Assembly (NCBI GenBank): GCA_027451365.1
Contig: DAIDJN010000054.1
Location: 36,333-100,332 of the forward strand
DNA from: Phycisphaerales bacterium
GTDB lineage: Bacteria > Planctomycetota > Phycisphaerae > WQYP01
Length of the DNA stretch: 64,000 nt
Direction of reading: 5' to 3'
In this document: positions 1 to 9,464 of the stretch, piece after piece
Layout: each line of letters starts with the position of its first letter
Numbering within the stretch: the stretch's first letter is position 1
The notes under the pieces: model-generated
Told to the model about the DNA's origin: nothing
Databases searched by the model: none
The model's input: the letters and a program-made list of their open reading frames with translations, nothing else
Position numbers and translations under genes: made by a program

Positions 1-87
1 CTCCAATTCCTCGTACAACGGAAAAAAATCAGCCGGGAATTTAAATTTGTACCTTTCCTCTAGGGCTAGCCAATCGGTTATGTTCAT
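1..87 (-). CDS. SMI1/KNR4 (SUKH) family immunity protein, N-terminal part (runs off window)
   Basis: Not in the ORF track. Manual translation from ATG at 87, with AGAGGA RBS upstream, gives MNITDWLALEERYKFKFPADFFPLYEELE. This resembles the 'E..LG..LP.DY..F' start of SUKH proteins, and the gene lies downstream of an RHS toxin tip. Confidence 0.6.
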   Translation of the reverse strand, partial: MNITDWLALEERYKFKFPADFFPLYEELE

Positions 88-231
88 GGGAATAAATGTC
101 CTCTTTGTCACTTGATGGAGCCGCCGGAACTCAAACCGCCGCCAAGGTAGTCTCACAGACGGGATATATTTTTATTATTTTGGCACCTCCTCAATAAATA
201 GCCCCACATCTTCCGCTGGAAGTTAGTCCGC

Positions 232-1446
232 CTAAGGGATTGGAGGGGGCTTCGTTTCTAAAAAAAACTCAATATCTGTTGATCCTGCGTCGATGCCGTC
301 GACGGCCTTCCCCAGAACACCTTCAGACTGCTGGGCTGCGATATCCGCCTGCTGCGCGTTTGACGCGGCGTCCTCATATTGAACGAATTGATCCTCGGTC
401 AGATTCTCAGTCCCCGGAATCTGCCCGGAGCCCGCAATGGCCTGGGCCGCCGCGCCAGACTGCCCCCCTCCGGCTATCTCGCTCCCCGCGTTGTTGAAGG
501 TATTCAACATTTGCTTGAAATCTGGGCTTGGGTCGGTCACCTGTTTAAACACGGACCGCAGAAAATTGCGGATATCCGGGTCATCAGATTTCAAGACGTC
601 ATCTGCGATCGCCTTGGCGTCTTCTTCGCTGAACTCTTTGCACTTCGGGTCGACCTGCGGATGATCTTTAAGCCATTTCTGAATGAGCTTGCGTACGGCC
701 TTGGTGTAATCCGAATGCTCCGTTGAATTTCCGTGACGAGGAGTTGTGCTGCCCGTGACGAACTTTTTGAAAAACTTATAGCCGGGAGAATCGGAATTGA
801 AGAGATTTGGCTCATTATAGATCTTGCCGGGTATGATGTGATGACCAAATGCCAGCCCGCTCGGATCCACCGAATCCACCGGACCGCTGCCCACAAACCG
901 ATGCGTATTGGCCCCATTGACATAGGAAAGCGGATCCTGCGAAATCCATGTCCCCAAACCTGGCAAATAATTCCGGAAGCGTTCGTCATACAGCCCCGTC
1001 ACCGCATCCAGCGTCATGCCTTGATAAAGGTTGATTACCACAGGCTGCGTACCGGCGGGTGGCGTTGACCAATCGGCGTTCAATACGGTGATCGAACCGT
1101 AAGGCGAATAGACATAGCGTTGCGTAACGCCCCAACTACCGGCCGTGCTGTTGAATCCAACAACGGCGGTGGTATTCCAATTCGCATCCTGCAGGTAATA
1201 GACAGGCAATTCCGGAGATGGAAATTGGGAATCGGAAAGGTAAAACCGGTCTTCGCCACGACGACACAAAGACGCAATGCGGTTAATGGCGGATTTTCGA
1301 TGGTTGAAATTCTCACAGGAGGTATTGGAGGAACTGGATGTATCGCGAGGACGACGGGCAGACAGGATGTCCGCACCACAATTCTGCCGCCGGGGGCTTT
1401 GGCTGGCAAGCAAGCATTCCGAAAACATTTCGTCAGGTGCAACCAA
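232..1446 (-). CDS. Mini-RHS toxin (module A): non-RHS leader, RHS-associated core and His-rich putative nuclease tip
   Basis: Core motifs YYLQDANWN, YVYSPYG, YQGMTLDAVTGLY, RNYLPGLGTWISQDP and cleavage motif VDPSG. The tip has GHHIIP...HGNSTEHSDY (HNH/AHH/GHH-like). Start is TTG 1446 or ATG 1428. Confidence 0.85.
   Translation of the reverse strand: MVAPDEMFSECLLASQSPRRQNCGADILSARRPRDTSSSSNTSCENFNHRKSAINRIASLCRRGEDRFYLSDSQFPSPELPVYYLQDANWNTTAVVGFNSTAGSWGVTQRYVYSPYGSITVLNADWSTPPAGTQPVVINLYQGMTLDAVTGLYDERFRNYLPGLGTWISQDPLSYVNGANTHRFVGSGPVDSVDPSGLAFGHHIIPGKIYNEPNLFNSDSPGYKFFKKFVTGSTTPRHGNSTEHSDYTKAVRKLIQKWLKDHPQVDPKCKEFSEEDAKAIADDVLKSDDPDIRNFLRSVFKQVTDPSPDFKQMLNTFNNAGSEIAGGGQSGAAAQAIAGSGQIPGTENLTEDQFVQYEDAASNAQQADIAAQQSEGVLGKAVDGIDAGSTDIEFFLETKPPPIP
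1309..1374 (-). repeat. 66-bp core shared by all four mini-RHS leaders (copy A), starting with hairpin GC(G/A)GACA-TCC-TGTCTGC
   Basis: Near-identical to 3811-3876(-), 61913-61978(+) and 63308-63373(+). Encodes ADILSARRPRDTSSSSNTSCEN. Confidence 0.95.
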
Positions 1447-1480
1447 ACGCGCGATCCCTTTTCAAGCTGTTCCAACTTGG

Positions 1481-1508
1481 ATTATACCCTTGCTCAAATT
1501 CGCGGTAA
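1481..1508 (-). promoter_or_regulatory. Putative sigma70 promoter of module A (TTACCG-N16-TATAAT)
   Basis: Perfect -10 box, conserved in module D. Homology between A and D begins at this element. Confidence 0.55.
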
Positions 1509-1663
1509 ATTCGTGCCACGGCATAAGGCTCCGATTTTGCTCCGCCTTTCGCCATATTTCAATTTTGTCAAGACGCTTTCCGATCATCCGAACGTGCTTT
1601 ATCTTAGAAATCTGCGGTCCTACAATTGCCGGGCCGGGGCAGCCACAACGCGTCTCCTGGTAA

Positions 1664-2425
1664 TCAGCTGCGCTTTCCAAACCTGTGCGCATCCGCCCAG
1701 AAAAGGACAGCCCCAAGACCCGCAGCCAAACCGGGTACCGCGAACAGCGGAACGGGTACCCTCGCAAAAAAGGCCACGTACAGCACAATTGCCACCGCCG
1801 ATGCAGTCCCCGCCAAAAACGCGTAAATCCCTATGTCACCCATTTTCCCGGTCCTTAGGCGGTATGTGACTATCCCCCAGGGCCCACCGGCCACAGACAC
1901 AATCAGAAACATTGGCACGCCAGCCCGGTCCGTCACAAAGCGAGCCGTGAAGAATGCTGCCGCGGCTCCGACCAGGCAGCCCACCGCGCCAGATAAAACC
2001 AGAATCGCCTTTAATTCCGCAACCCACCACCAACGATTCAAAAAGCGAATGATGCGAATTTGCGATCCGGGCACCAGCAGTCTTATTCCGGAATAAGATT
2101 TGGTCACGTCTTTTGCCCCAAGATGAAATCGGCCGACAGGCAACTTCGCTTGCAGCGGTTCTGATACTCCCAGTACATCAATCGCATCGATCCTGGCCAG
2201 CGGCCACTCAAGCGTGGTGCCATAACGATGCGCGACAGAACAGGTTATAATTTTTCCCGGCTGATCGGCGACCAATCTGTGGACAATCCCCAAGGAAACA
2301 ACCGCACCCGATACCAGAAGGAGAGCAACGGGCAGGTAGGCCCAAAGGCCAGCGCTTATTCGTACACAGGCGACACTCATTATCCGCTCGTCCGCCGATT
2401 CCGTCTGCTGCTTTGCCATTGCCAA
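1664..2425 (-). CDS. Multi-pass membrane protein, possible immunity/accessory protein
   Basis: 253-aa ORF with several hydrophobic segments, located between RHS modules B and A. Confidence 0.5.
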   Translation of the reverse strand: MAMAKQQTESADERIMSVACVRISAGLWAYLPVALLLVSGAVVSLGIVHRLVADQPGKIITCSVAHRYGTTLEWPLARIDAIDVLGVSEPLQAKLPVGRFHLGAKDVTKSYSGIRLLVPGSQIRIIRFLNRWWWVAELKAILVLSGAVGCLVGAAAAFFTARFVTDRAGVPMFLIVSVAGGPWGIVTYRLRTGKMGDIGIYAFLAGTASAVAIVLYVAFFARVPVPLFAVPGLAAGLGAVLFWADAHRFGKRS

Positions 2426-2453
2426 CTCCGCAGTGGGGTTTCACAAGTCTCAC

Positions 2454-2822
2454 TCAACTGAAATAGAGGCCGGAACCGATTGCCCAAGCCGGCCCAGCGA
2501 CCCGCACAAAACAGAGCATTAATAGAAAAGCCGCCACAATATGCCATGCCATCCAGGAAACGGCGGCCCCCTTCGCGGCACTTCCTCGAGTCAGAAGCGT
2601 CGCCGCCAATTCGACCGCTTCGCAGGTCGCGAGCACCGCGACGGCACCAACAATTGCCGCCACGACGCATAACAGTTTCTGCGAGAAGGCACCCGGATCT
2701 ACGCCGTCGCCGCCAAGGATTCCTATAACGGAAGCTTCGGAAAGAAAAAAGGCCCCGGCCTCAATCCAAAAGACCGACCGTTGGCTAGTGAGACACTTAC
2801 GCGGCAGGCTGAAAGTTATCAT
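2454..2822 (-). CDS. Small membrane protein, putative immunity protein for module B
   Basis: 122 aa with about 3 hydrophobic helices, directly downstream of the module B toxin. Confidence 0.5.
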   Translation of the reverse strand: MITFSLPRKCLTSQRSVFWIEAGAFFLSEASVIGILGGDGVDPGAFSQKLLCVVAAIVGAVAVLATCEAVELAATLLTRGSAAKGAAVSWMAWHIVAAFLLMLCFVRVAGPAWAIGSGLYFS

Positions 2823-2934
2823 CGTGCTAAGCCTTTCTACTAAGGCCCCGACCGGGCCAAATAAAGATGTCCTTAAACCCTCAGCGTTGCGTCAAGATCC
2901 CCTCGCCCGCTGGTGGCAGTCCGCTGAAAGTAGC

Positions 2935-3987
2935 TCAATAAAATGATTCATCGACCAAGTTGACGTCCGCCGTATAGCCGCCGAAGGTCCCAGCAGGAGC
3001 AACATTCAGCCTCCACTCTGTTCCACCGGGTTGGGAACGGAGTATGGACGCGGGCTGGCCATTTGGCCCGATGTATGCGATGGGGAGGACTGAATTCGGA
3101 TCTTCTGGCGCGGCGGAGCTGCATGCGAAGAGGTCCATCAACGCAATGCCGTATGATATATAGCGATCAGGAGCAACCAGCATGGTTCGCGCGGGATTGC
3201 CGGGTGCCAGGTAGCCGTCGCTGGCACCGTGGCCGAAATAATAGAACTTAAGAAGATCCTTCGCGGCGGAATATTTGTTCAAATCCGAAACGATGCTTTT
3301 GTCAGTAGCCGCCCCGTCGAACGAGACCATATATCCCGCAGCTTTCGCCAAACTCTGTTCGGCAAAAGCTTTGCTTAGGAACAGGCCAGCTATCGACCAA
3401 TAAAGATCAAAACCAGACAACTGATGCCCCAATTCGTCGCGAGTGAGGCTCCACCCGACGTCGATGACGACAGTGTTTGGGACATAATAATCGCAGCCGT
3501 GTGCAGGAGTTGCCCATTTTTTTATTTCAGCGGGGTTGAGGTGCAGCATCTCCGCCAGGGCTATTGGCGTATCGCCTTTTTGCCATTTCGCAAGCGCCGT
3601 CGCGCCACCCTTGCGATCTATCAGCCAAGCGCCCCCCGCATCCACCGCCCCCACCGGTCCACTCTTCACATAGCCATACAAATTTATTCCGCCGTCATAC
3701 CCGATCGGATCACGCTGTGCCCAACGGCCAAGAACGGCGTTGTATGTCCGATTGCGGACGTAATAAAGCTGCGATTCAGGATCAGAGCGGTAGCCGCAGT
3801 AGATTATTTCATTCCCACAGGAGGTATTGGAGGAAATGGAAGTATCGCGAGGACGACGGGCAGACAAGATGTCTGCGGTCCGGTGACCAGGAGATTTATT
3901 AGTTTGCTCAGATTTCCAGCCCGGGCGGCCGCAACTTCGCGGCTTGGTGCCGTGGTGGTGGTCAAATTGTTTATCCAGTGCGACCAT
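2935..3987 (-). CDS. Mini-RHS toxin (module B): leader, truncated RHS core, LysM-like segment and caspase/CPD-like peptidase tip
   Basis: Core NEIIYCGYRSDPESQLYYVRNRTYNAVLGRWAQRDPIGYDGGINLYGYV...VDAGG. The tip has KGDTPIALA...LNPAEI (LysM-like), then YFGHG and DLFACSS (His-Cys dyad pattern). Confidence 0.8.
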   Translation of the reverse strand: MVALDKQFDHHHGTKPRSCGRPGWKSEQTNKSPGHRTADILSARRPRDTSISSNTSCGNEIIYCGYRSDPESQLYYVRNRTYNAVLGRWAQRDPIGYDGGINLYGYVKSGPVGAVDAGGAWLIDRKGGATALAKWQKGDTPIALAEMLHLNPAEIKKWATPAHGCDYYVPNTVVIDVGWSLTRDELGHQLSGFDLYWSIAGLFLSKAFAEQSLAKAAGYMVSFDGAATDKSIVSDLNKYSAAKDLLKFYYFGHGASDGYLAPGNPARTMLVAPDRYISYGIALMDLFACSSAAPEDPNSVLPIAYIGPNGQPASILRSQPGGTEWRLNVAPAGTFGGYTADVNLVDESFY

Positions 3988-4094
3988 AAATTGCCTTGAG
4001 AAAGGCCGACCTTGCTTTGGTGCCTAAATCATAACGTCGCCAGTTGCTGTGTGCCAAGCCAATGCACGTTCCTTGCCGTCTATTATCCGATATC
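3640..4094 (-). repeat. B/C-type leader plus core repeat (~450 bp), inverted homologue of 61694-62155
   Basis: Long near-identical stretches, e.g. GATATCGGATAATAGACGGCAAGGAACGTGCATTGGCTTGGCACACAGCAACTGGCGACGTTATGATTTAGGCACCAAAG, are present in both copies. Confidence 0.95.
3811..3876 (-). repeat. 66-bp shared core (copy B)
   Basis: GCAGACATCTTGTCTGCCCGTCGTCCTCGCGATACTTCCATTTCCTCCAATACCTCCTGTGGGAAT on the - strand. Confidence 0.95.
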
Positions 4095-4562
4095 GTCCGC
4101 TCACCGCCCATCCTTTTCCTGATACCATTTCCGCCGTTGCCACCACCCTTGCGAAGCGGCCGGTGGGAGCCAGGCGATGCCACCGAGCTTTCCGAATGAT
4201 TTAATCAGTGCCACCGGATTCAGGCCGTCCCCGGAGGTGTGGCGGGCTTTCCTCCGGCAAGCCGACGGTCCAAGGGACATCACCACCCTTCGCCGTGCCA
4301 CACAAACGGCAGGCCGCTGGCCGCCGACCGCGCCATATACAAATTCGAGAAACTGGTCGGGCGACGTCTGCGGACACTGCCGCCTGGCAGGCACGAAAAA
4401 GATACAACATGCTGATCCGAAAGAGCACCGCGAAGCGCACACCCCGGATTTATCGGGCGACTGTCTCTGGTAACCATAATATCCGGATACGCTCTGGCCA
4501 CTTGACCGGCTAAGCCGCATCAGGGCCAGTAAAACCGTCATTGCAGAATTGCCGCTATAGGT

Positions 4563-6323
4563 TTACTTTATAAAAAATGCGACGTGTGCCGCCGCCTTAA
4601 TGGCATCGTGCAATCGCCGCGATTCGTGCGTATAGGACAGTTTGAAGAAACTAATTCCCCCATTGGCAAGCAACGTCAGGTCATGGCGTCCCGGCTTCAA
4701 GCCTGATAGTGTCAGCGTATACGCCCGTGCGGCTGGGTTAATATCGGCGGCCATTTTCCGACCATCCAGCAGCACTGTAAAACTTTGCGGTGCCTTACCG
4801 ATGCACGCCCAGCGGACGTTTACCGTTTGTCCGGTCAGCAGCGCATTGCGATGCGGCGCACCGATTGCAACAACCGTGGTTCGTGGCACCTTTTGATGGT
4901 ACAGGTTGATGCACGCGCGCGTCAGATTCAGATAATAAAATCCCCAGCCGCCGCAGCCGCGGTAAGCGCATGCGGTCAGCGAGGTTGGTTCAATATCATT
5001 GTTGAGATGCGTATTGTAGCAATCGACATAATGATTATGCTCATGTCCGTAGCCTTGATCAATCGGTTGGCCGGCAAATTCATTCCATTGGCAGATGTTT
5101 AGGAATCGCGGACGATAACGCAGTGCGGAATTAAATTCATGGATATATGTTAATCCATTGTCTCTCGCCCGTGCCGACCGAGCCAGCCAGCCACCGTTGG
5201 CGAAATAAGCCGGCGTTATGGTCAAATCTTCGCATTGGCCGTGATGATACACCGGAATCGGATGAATGGAACCATCCATCCAGGACCAGTAGCCGGCGCG
5301 CCCGATTTGTGGCGTATTCTGCAATTGTGATGCCATCCAGCGCACGGTGAAATGACGCGTATTGATCGGAGGTTCACCAGATGCCAGTTTGCCCGCTAAA
5401 AACGCCGGACCAACTCCATTGAATATGATAATCAGCGGCTTTTTGTGATCGTGAAGCCACAATCCAGTGAATTTGGGATTCTGAATATAATTCCGGAAAA
5501 TCCACGCCATCTCTCCGTTAACGGCTCGCGTGGTTGTAGGCGGACCATTGATAAGCCCCAGCAGCAGCGTCACCTGAGGAGTGGCAAGGCCGTGCCGTCG
5601 CATTTGCGCGTAGGTTTTTAACAACGCCGTGGTTGCGGATATCAATTGCCTGGCGGTTGACGGGCATTGTCGGAAACGGGTTTTGCCCCAAAGATTGTTG
5701 GACCAGTCAATGACAATATAGTTAATTCCCATCCGGTCCAGCCACAGCGCATGTTGTCGGATAACTACGCGATTGAAAGAAGAATATTTTCCCAGCAGCG
5801 GAACAGCTTCCGCGGTGTTCCAGGTCATATTTAGCGGCGTGAACCACGGTTCATAATCTATTCCCACCAGATGCCGCCGATGCACAGGCATGATAACTTT
5901 TCTCGCCTTCACCGCTACCAAAACGGTATTGGAAGTCAGCGCGCCAAAGGGCTTCGGCCGCCCCACCGGAAAAATTGCCTTGGCCGGCCTGCTTGCCGCC
6001 ACCGTTATGCGGGCCGTTCCCGTCGTCGGCAGTGGAATGATAAACGTCGTATCACCGGACCGGTTGGTTTCGCCGGCGGCGCCCCATTGCTTTCCGTTGA
6101 CGTATGGCCATAGTTTAACCTTAGCGATATGGACGCCGGAATCAGATCTTAAGCGCGTGACCGTGGCCCTGATATCGACCGTTCCGCCTTCAGATATAAC
6201 GGTGCGGTCCGCAACAATGTGCAGGAGCACTGCCCGCGCAACGCTGCAAACGTTCATCATCAGGGCACCGGTAATGATAAATAATCTGACGCTTAAGAGG
6301 GGCCGCAAAGGTATTGAGAACAT
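4563..6323 (-). CDS. Secreted glycoside hydrolase, GH99/GH71-like
   Basis: Signal-peptide-like N-terminus; PLLGKYSS...VIRQHALWLDRMGINYIVIDW and ICQWNEF motifs; C-terminal Ig-like domain. Confidence 0.65.
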   Translation of the reverse strand: MFSIPLRPLLSVRLFIITGALMMNVCSVARAVLLHIVADRTVISEGGTVDIRATVTRLRSDSGVHIAKVKLWPYVNGKQWGAAGETNRSGDTTFIIPLPTTGTARITVAASRPAKAIFPVGRPKPFGALTSNTVLVAVKARKVIMPVHRRHLVGIDYEPWFTPLNMTWNTAEAVPLLGKYSSFNRVVIRQHALWLDRMGINYIVIDWSNNLWGKTRFRQCPSTARQLISATTALLKTYAQMRRHGLATPQVTLLLGLINGPPTTTRAVNGEMAWIFRNYIQNPKFTGLWLHDHKKPLIIIFNGVGPAFLAGKLASGEPPINTRHFTVRWMASQLQNTPQIGRAGYWSWMDGSIHPIPVYHHGQCEDLTITPAYFANGGWLARSARARDNGLTYIHEFNSALRYRPRFLNICQWNEFAGQPIDQGYGHEHNHYVDCYNTHLNNDIEPTSLTACAYRGCGGWGFYYLNLTRACINLYHQKVPRTTVVAIGAPHRNALLTGQTVNVRWACIGKAPQSFTVLLDGRKMAADINPAARAYTLTLSGLKPGRHDLTLLANGGISFFKLSYTHESRRLHDAIKAAAHVAFFIK

Positions 6324-6489
6324 CTTGATTTTCCTTACCGGATTAAACCACGGTACAACTCAATGCAACAGCACGGAGCCATCGCATGTTGTCCAAATCG
6401 GCACGACCCAAACGTATTTAGCCTGAAGCGAGCACCGTCATTCCATACGTTCGGTTGTTGATATGGTTAACGCTTCGCGATTCCCTTTA

Positions 6490-8172
6490 TTACCCGTCTG
6501 GCCAATGCGGAGCATTGGGTTGCTCGGCAAAAAAGGTGTGAATGGCTTTGGCCAGATGACTGTCATTTAATGGGAACGTTTTGCCCACTCTATCGGCATG
6601 CCACCAGCCGGGAAATAGTGCATGGCAGCCATGAGCTACGAATTTTCTCAGATCACTTAACGCCGCATGATAAAGCACTAGACTGTCCGGGGGTTGATTC
6701 GGAGCCGGATGCCACTCGAAAATTCCCCAGTTGTGGCTGTATTGGGCGATCATAGCGGGATTCAGACCGCCAAAACGAGTAATCCCGACATGCCCATTCT
6801 GCGGTAAATAGCCCGACCAGATGGTCGAAGCAGAAGACAAAGCCCGGCGGGCGCCGGCCGGCGCATCCCCCAGTAATTCCGCGGGAATCTGGTGGGCGTA
6901 AAGCAACTCCTTTGGTAAGCCCTGGGCAATAAGCAAACTGGCAACATCCTGAACAAAATGGGCCACTTCACATTCACGGAAACCATACGCCGGACGCGAC
7001 GGATTGCCTGCCGGGAAGGCATTGTTGTCGCCCTGATATGTCCAATCCCATGCCTTCCACCATGGAGAATGATTAATAATGCGCGGCGCGTCAAAACCGC
7101 CGGCGGTAAAACCCTTACCCGAATGTGGCATGGGATTAAAATTCGGATCAGTAATGGGGTCAGCAAATGTGTCTATATCCCAATAGGCCAAGGTCCAGGT
7201 GTGAAAATGTGTACCAAATATGTCGTTAAATGATTTACCCCTTCCGCTGGCGTCATCGGGCGCTGGATCATCATAAAAAGGGCTGACCCGGTGGCCATCA
7301 ACTGAAATAAATGGTCCCGTGATTGACTCCGGTGCGCCCTGTCCGGCATAGCTGGCGCCGGGCGCATAAAGTCCGCGATGTCGCAGCCAGTCACGAAATT
7401 CCGCAATGGCAAATGGGCTGTAGTCGCCGAGATATTCGTTGCTGACCGCGCCGCCGATGGCCAATTCTTCCTCGATGGCAAAATTGATGATGGCAATAAC
7501 TCCGGGATACGCCCGCATAGCCGTTTTAATTTCTTCCGCCCAGCGCGTGGCTTTGCGGCGCATTTCCCCTCGAATTGCCAAAGCGTAACGGGAAGGCGTT
7601 ACAACAAGTGTGTCTCTTCCCTGAGCGGGGCCGGGCATTCCGCGCCACGTTTTTCCATTCAGCCGCCATTGATAATTCCGCAGATCGCCGTCGGGATTAG
7701 TTAATCCCCCGTCATGGGTTTGCATGGCAAAAATCACACCACGATGAATGTTATTTTCGTGAAACACCTTGAGCTGTCGCAAAAGCATCGGCAGATTTCC
7801 CGCAGCATAGATGGATGCGAATCCCAATTTGTTGTAATTATTGCCGGGACCGAATTGCTTTTTCATTTTCGCAATCTGCTCGCGATACTGGTCGTCCGTT
7901 GTGCTCTGGCGATCAAGCCCGCTTTCCCATATTGGCATGATGTAAAAGGAATTGCTGTGATCCGATTTTGGCAGGGCATTGGCGGAGCCAGTCGCATTAT
8001 TTGTCGAAGCCATAATCGCGGTTACCGAATCGGCAGCAGCCCCAGAGCCAAAAGTATTGTTTATCCCGGCCACGGAGGTAAGTATCACTCCGGCCGAAGC
8101 CGCCAGGAGCTGGCGACGCGTCATATCTTGAGCGCCGGTGGTGCCTTGCGTGTTCTTCGTTTCATTCGCCAT
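6490..8172 (-). CDS. Tat-exported glycoside hydrolase-like protein (GH42-like TIM barrel)
   Basis: TRRQLL twin-arginine signal; DYSPFAIAEFRDWLR motif; ATG 8172 preceded by AAGGTGG. Confidence 0.6.
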   Translation of the reverse strand: MANETKNTQGTTGAQDMTRRQLLAASAGVILTSVAGINNTFGSGAAADSVTAIMASTNNATGSANALPKSDHSNSFYIMPIWESGLDRQSTTDDQYREQIAKMKKQFGPGNNYNKLGFASIYAAGNLPMLLRQLKVFHENNIHRGVIFAMQTHDGGLTNPDGDLRNYQWRLNGKTWRGMPGPAQGRDTLVVTPSRYALAIRGEMRRKATRWAEEIKTAMRAYPGVIAIINFAIEEELAIGGAVSNEYLGDYSPFAIAEFRDWLRHRGLYAPGASYAGQGAPESITGPFISVDGHRVSPFYDDPAPDDASGRGKSFNDIFGTHFHTWTLAYWDIDTFADPITDPNFNPMPHSGKGFTAGGFDAPRIINHSPWWKAWDWTYQGDNNAFPAGNPSRPAYGFRECEVAHFVQDVASLLIAQGLPKELLYAHQIPAELLGDAPAGARRALSSASTIWSGYLPQNGHVGITRFGGLNPAMIAQYSHNWGIFEWHPAPNQPPDSLVLYHAALSDLRKFVAHGCHALFPGWWHADRVGKTFPLNDSHLAKAIHTFFAEQPNAPHWPDG

Positions 8173-8249
8173 AAATCGCCACCTTTCTTTTTGAGTATTT
8201 GCGGGCCATGACCAACGCTGCAACCAGCAGGGACAACAATGTGATCAAA

Positions 8250-8966
8250 TCAGGTGGAATATTCATCACCGCTGGAAACAATTTTGTAACGACCGGGTTT
8301 ATGCAGAACAAAGCTGCAACGATTTTCTGGCATATGGTGCACGATGATGGTCTTCCCTTTCAGGGTCACGCCGGTACCCGGAACTGCCATGGTCGCCTGC
8401 ACCGCTTTGGGCAACGTGACGGTCAAGATTTCATGATCCGAAATCTTTCTTACCTTTACCACAAAGGCTCCAGGCGGCGTGTCCGGCGCGCCAATAAGTG
8501 CGGGCGCCCAATCTACAAAATTCCAGTTTGCCTTGAGTTTATTGACAAAGATATGATGCTTATTAAATCCCGATTTCATGTAGCGTAACATGGATAACAG
8601 GAGTGGATGCTGCGATTGAATATATGTGAGAGCGCCGGTGTGCTGATTACCGACGGTAGAGGCCCATAGCCAGGCTGGTGGCTTGCCTGGCACATGGAGC
8701 GGTGCCTTTGGCAGCGGCAGACCGAAGGTTGAACCAACAGTGGGCGGATTCGCTGGCATATCGGGGGTTGCAGATACGAAAGCCCTGAGGCTGCCCTGGG
8801 TTATCAATATCCAGGTCAAAGCAAAAACCGGCATTCGAAGAATATGGATTCGGAAATTCTGTTTGTGACAGATCATGATGATTATCCGCAACGTGAATAC
8901 CAGGATGAAACAATACCGCCTGATCGGAAAAGCGTGTTTTACCTGCCAAGACCCGCGACGGTACAA
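8250..8966 (-). CDS. Hypothetical exported protein (start uncertain)
   Basis: ORF co-oriented with the two hydrolase genes, with a hydrophobic N-terminal segment and a Pro-rich linker. Confidence 0.45.
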   Translation of the reverse strand: MYRRGSWQVKHAFPIRRYCFILVFTLRIIIMICHKQNFRIHILRMPVFALTWILITQGSLRAFVSATPDMPANPPTVGSTFGLPLPKAPLHVPGKPPAWLWASTVGNQHTGALTYIQSQHPLLLSMLRYMKSGFNKHHIFVNKLKANWNFVDWAPALIGAPDTPPGAFVVKVRKISDHEILTVTLPKAVQATMAVPGTGVTLKGKTIIVHHMPENRCSFVLHKPGRYKIVSSGDEYST

Positions 8967-9464
8967 GGTTCAGACAAATACACCGACCAATTGACCTGCC
9001 ATATCCGCTTATATCGCGCCGGAGTTATTCCGGATAGGGCCAAGGTGCAAGCGCGGCAAAACGCCTGTTGGAATCAATCACCGCGTTCTTATGTCTGTTC
9101 GCGATTCACACCATCGTGGTCGTCGTGTTGTGCCGGTACAACTCCCCTTTTGGCGGTCGGTGGCATCTGCGGCGAAACCTTGAAATCAGCGGTCTGTTCC
9201 GGTTGCCTGGGCGGATTTTGCCCTTCCGCACGTCATTCACCCAACGCCCGGCCGGCGCCATTTGCTGGCCGGTGACGCTGTGGGCTGGCCCGGGCCGCGC
9301 TGCGGCGGGCGGAAGGGCCAAGGGTTGCGGCTTGCGGACAATGCGGCGTCGCTTTTATTTATCACCCCCCCGCCGTTACAATAGCCACCAGTCGGTTTGG
9401 CTCCGTGGCGGAAAAGCGGTGATGCGACAATGACGGGTATGGTGAATCATTTACATATATCATT

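Larger units (their letters stand above)
1190..1510 (-). repeat. A/D-type leader repeat (~320 bp), inverted homologue of 63172-63495
   Basis: The reverse complement aligns by eye with the leader of module D, from the promoter to YYLQDA. Confidence 0.9.
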
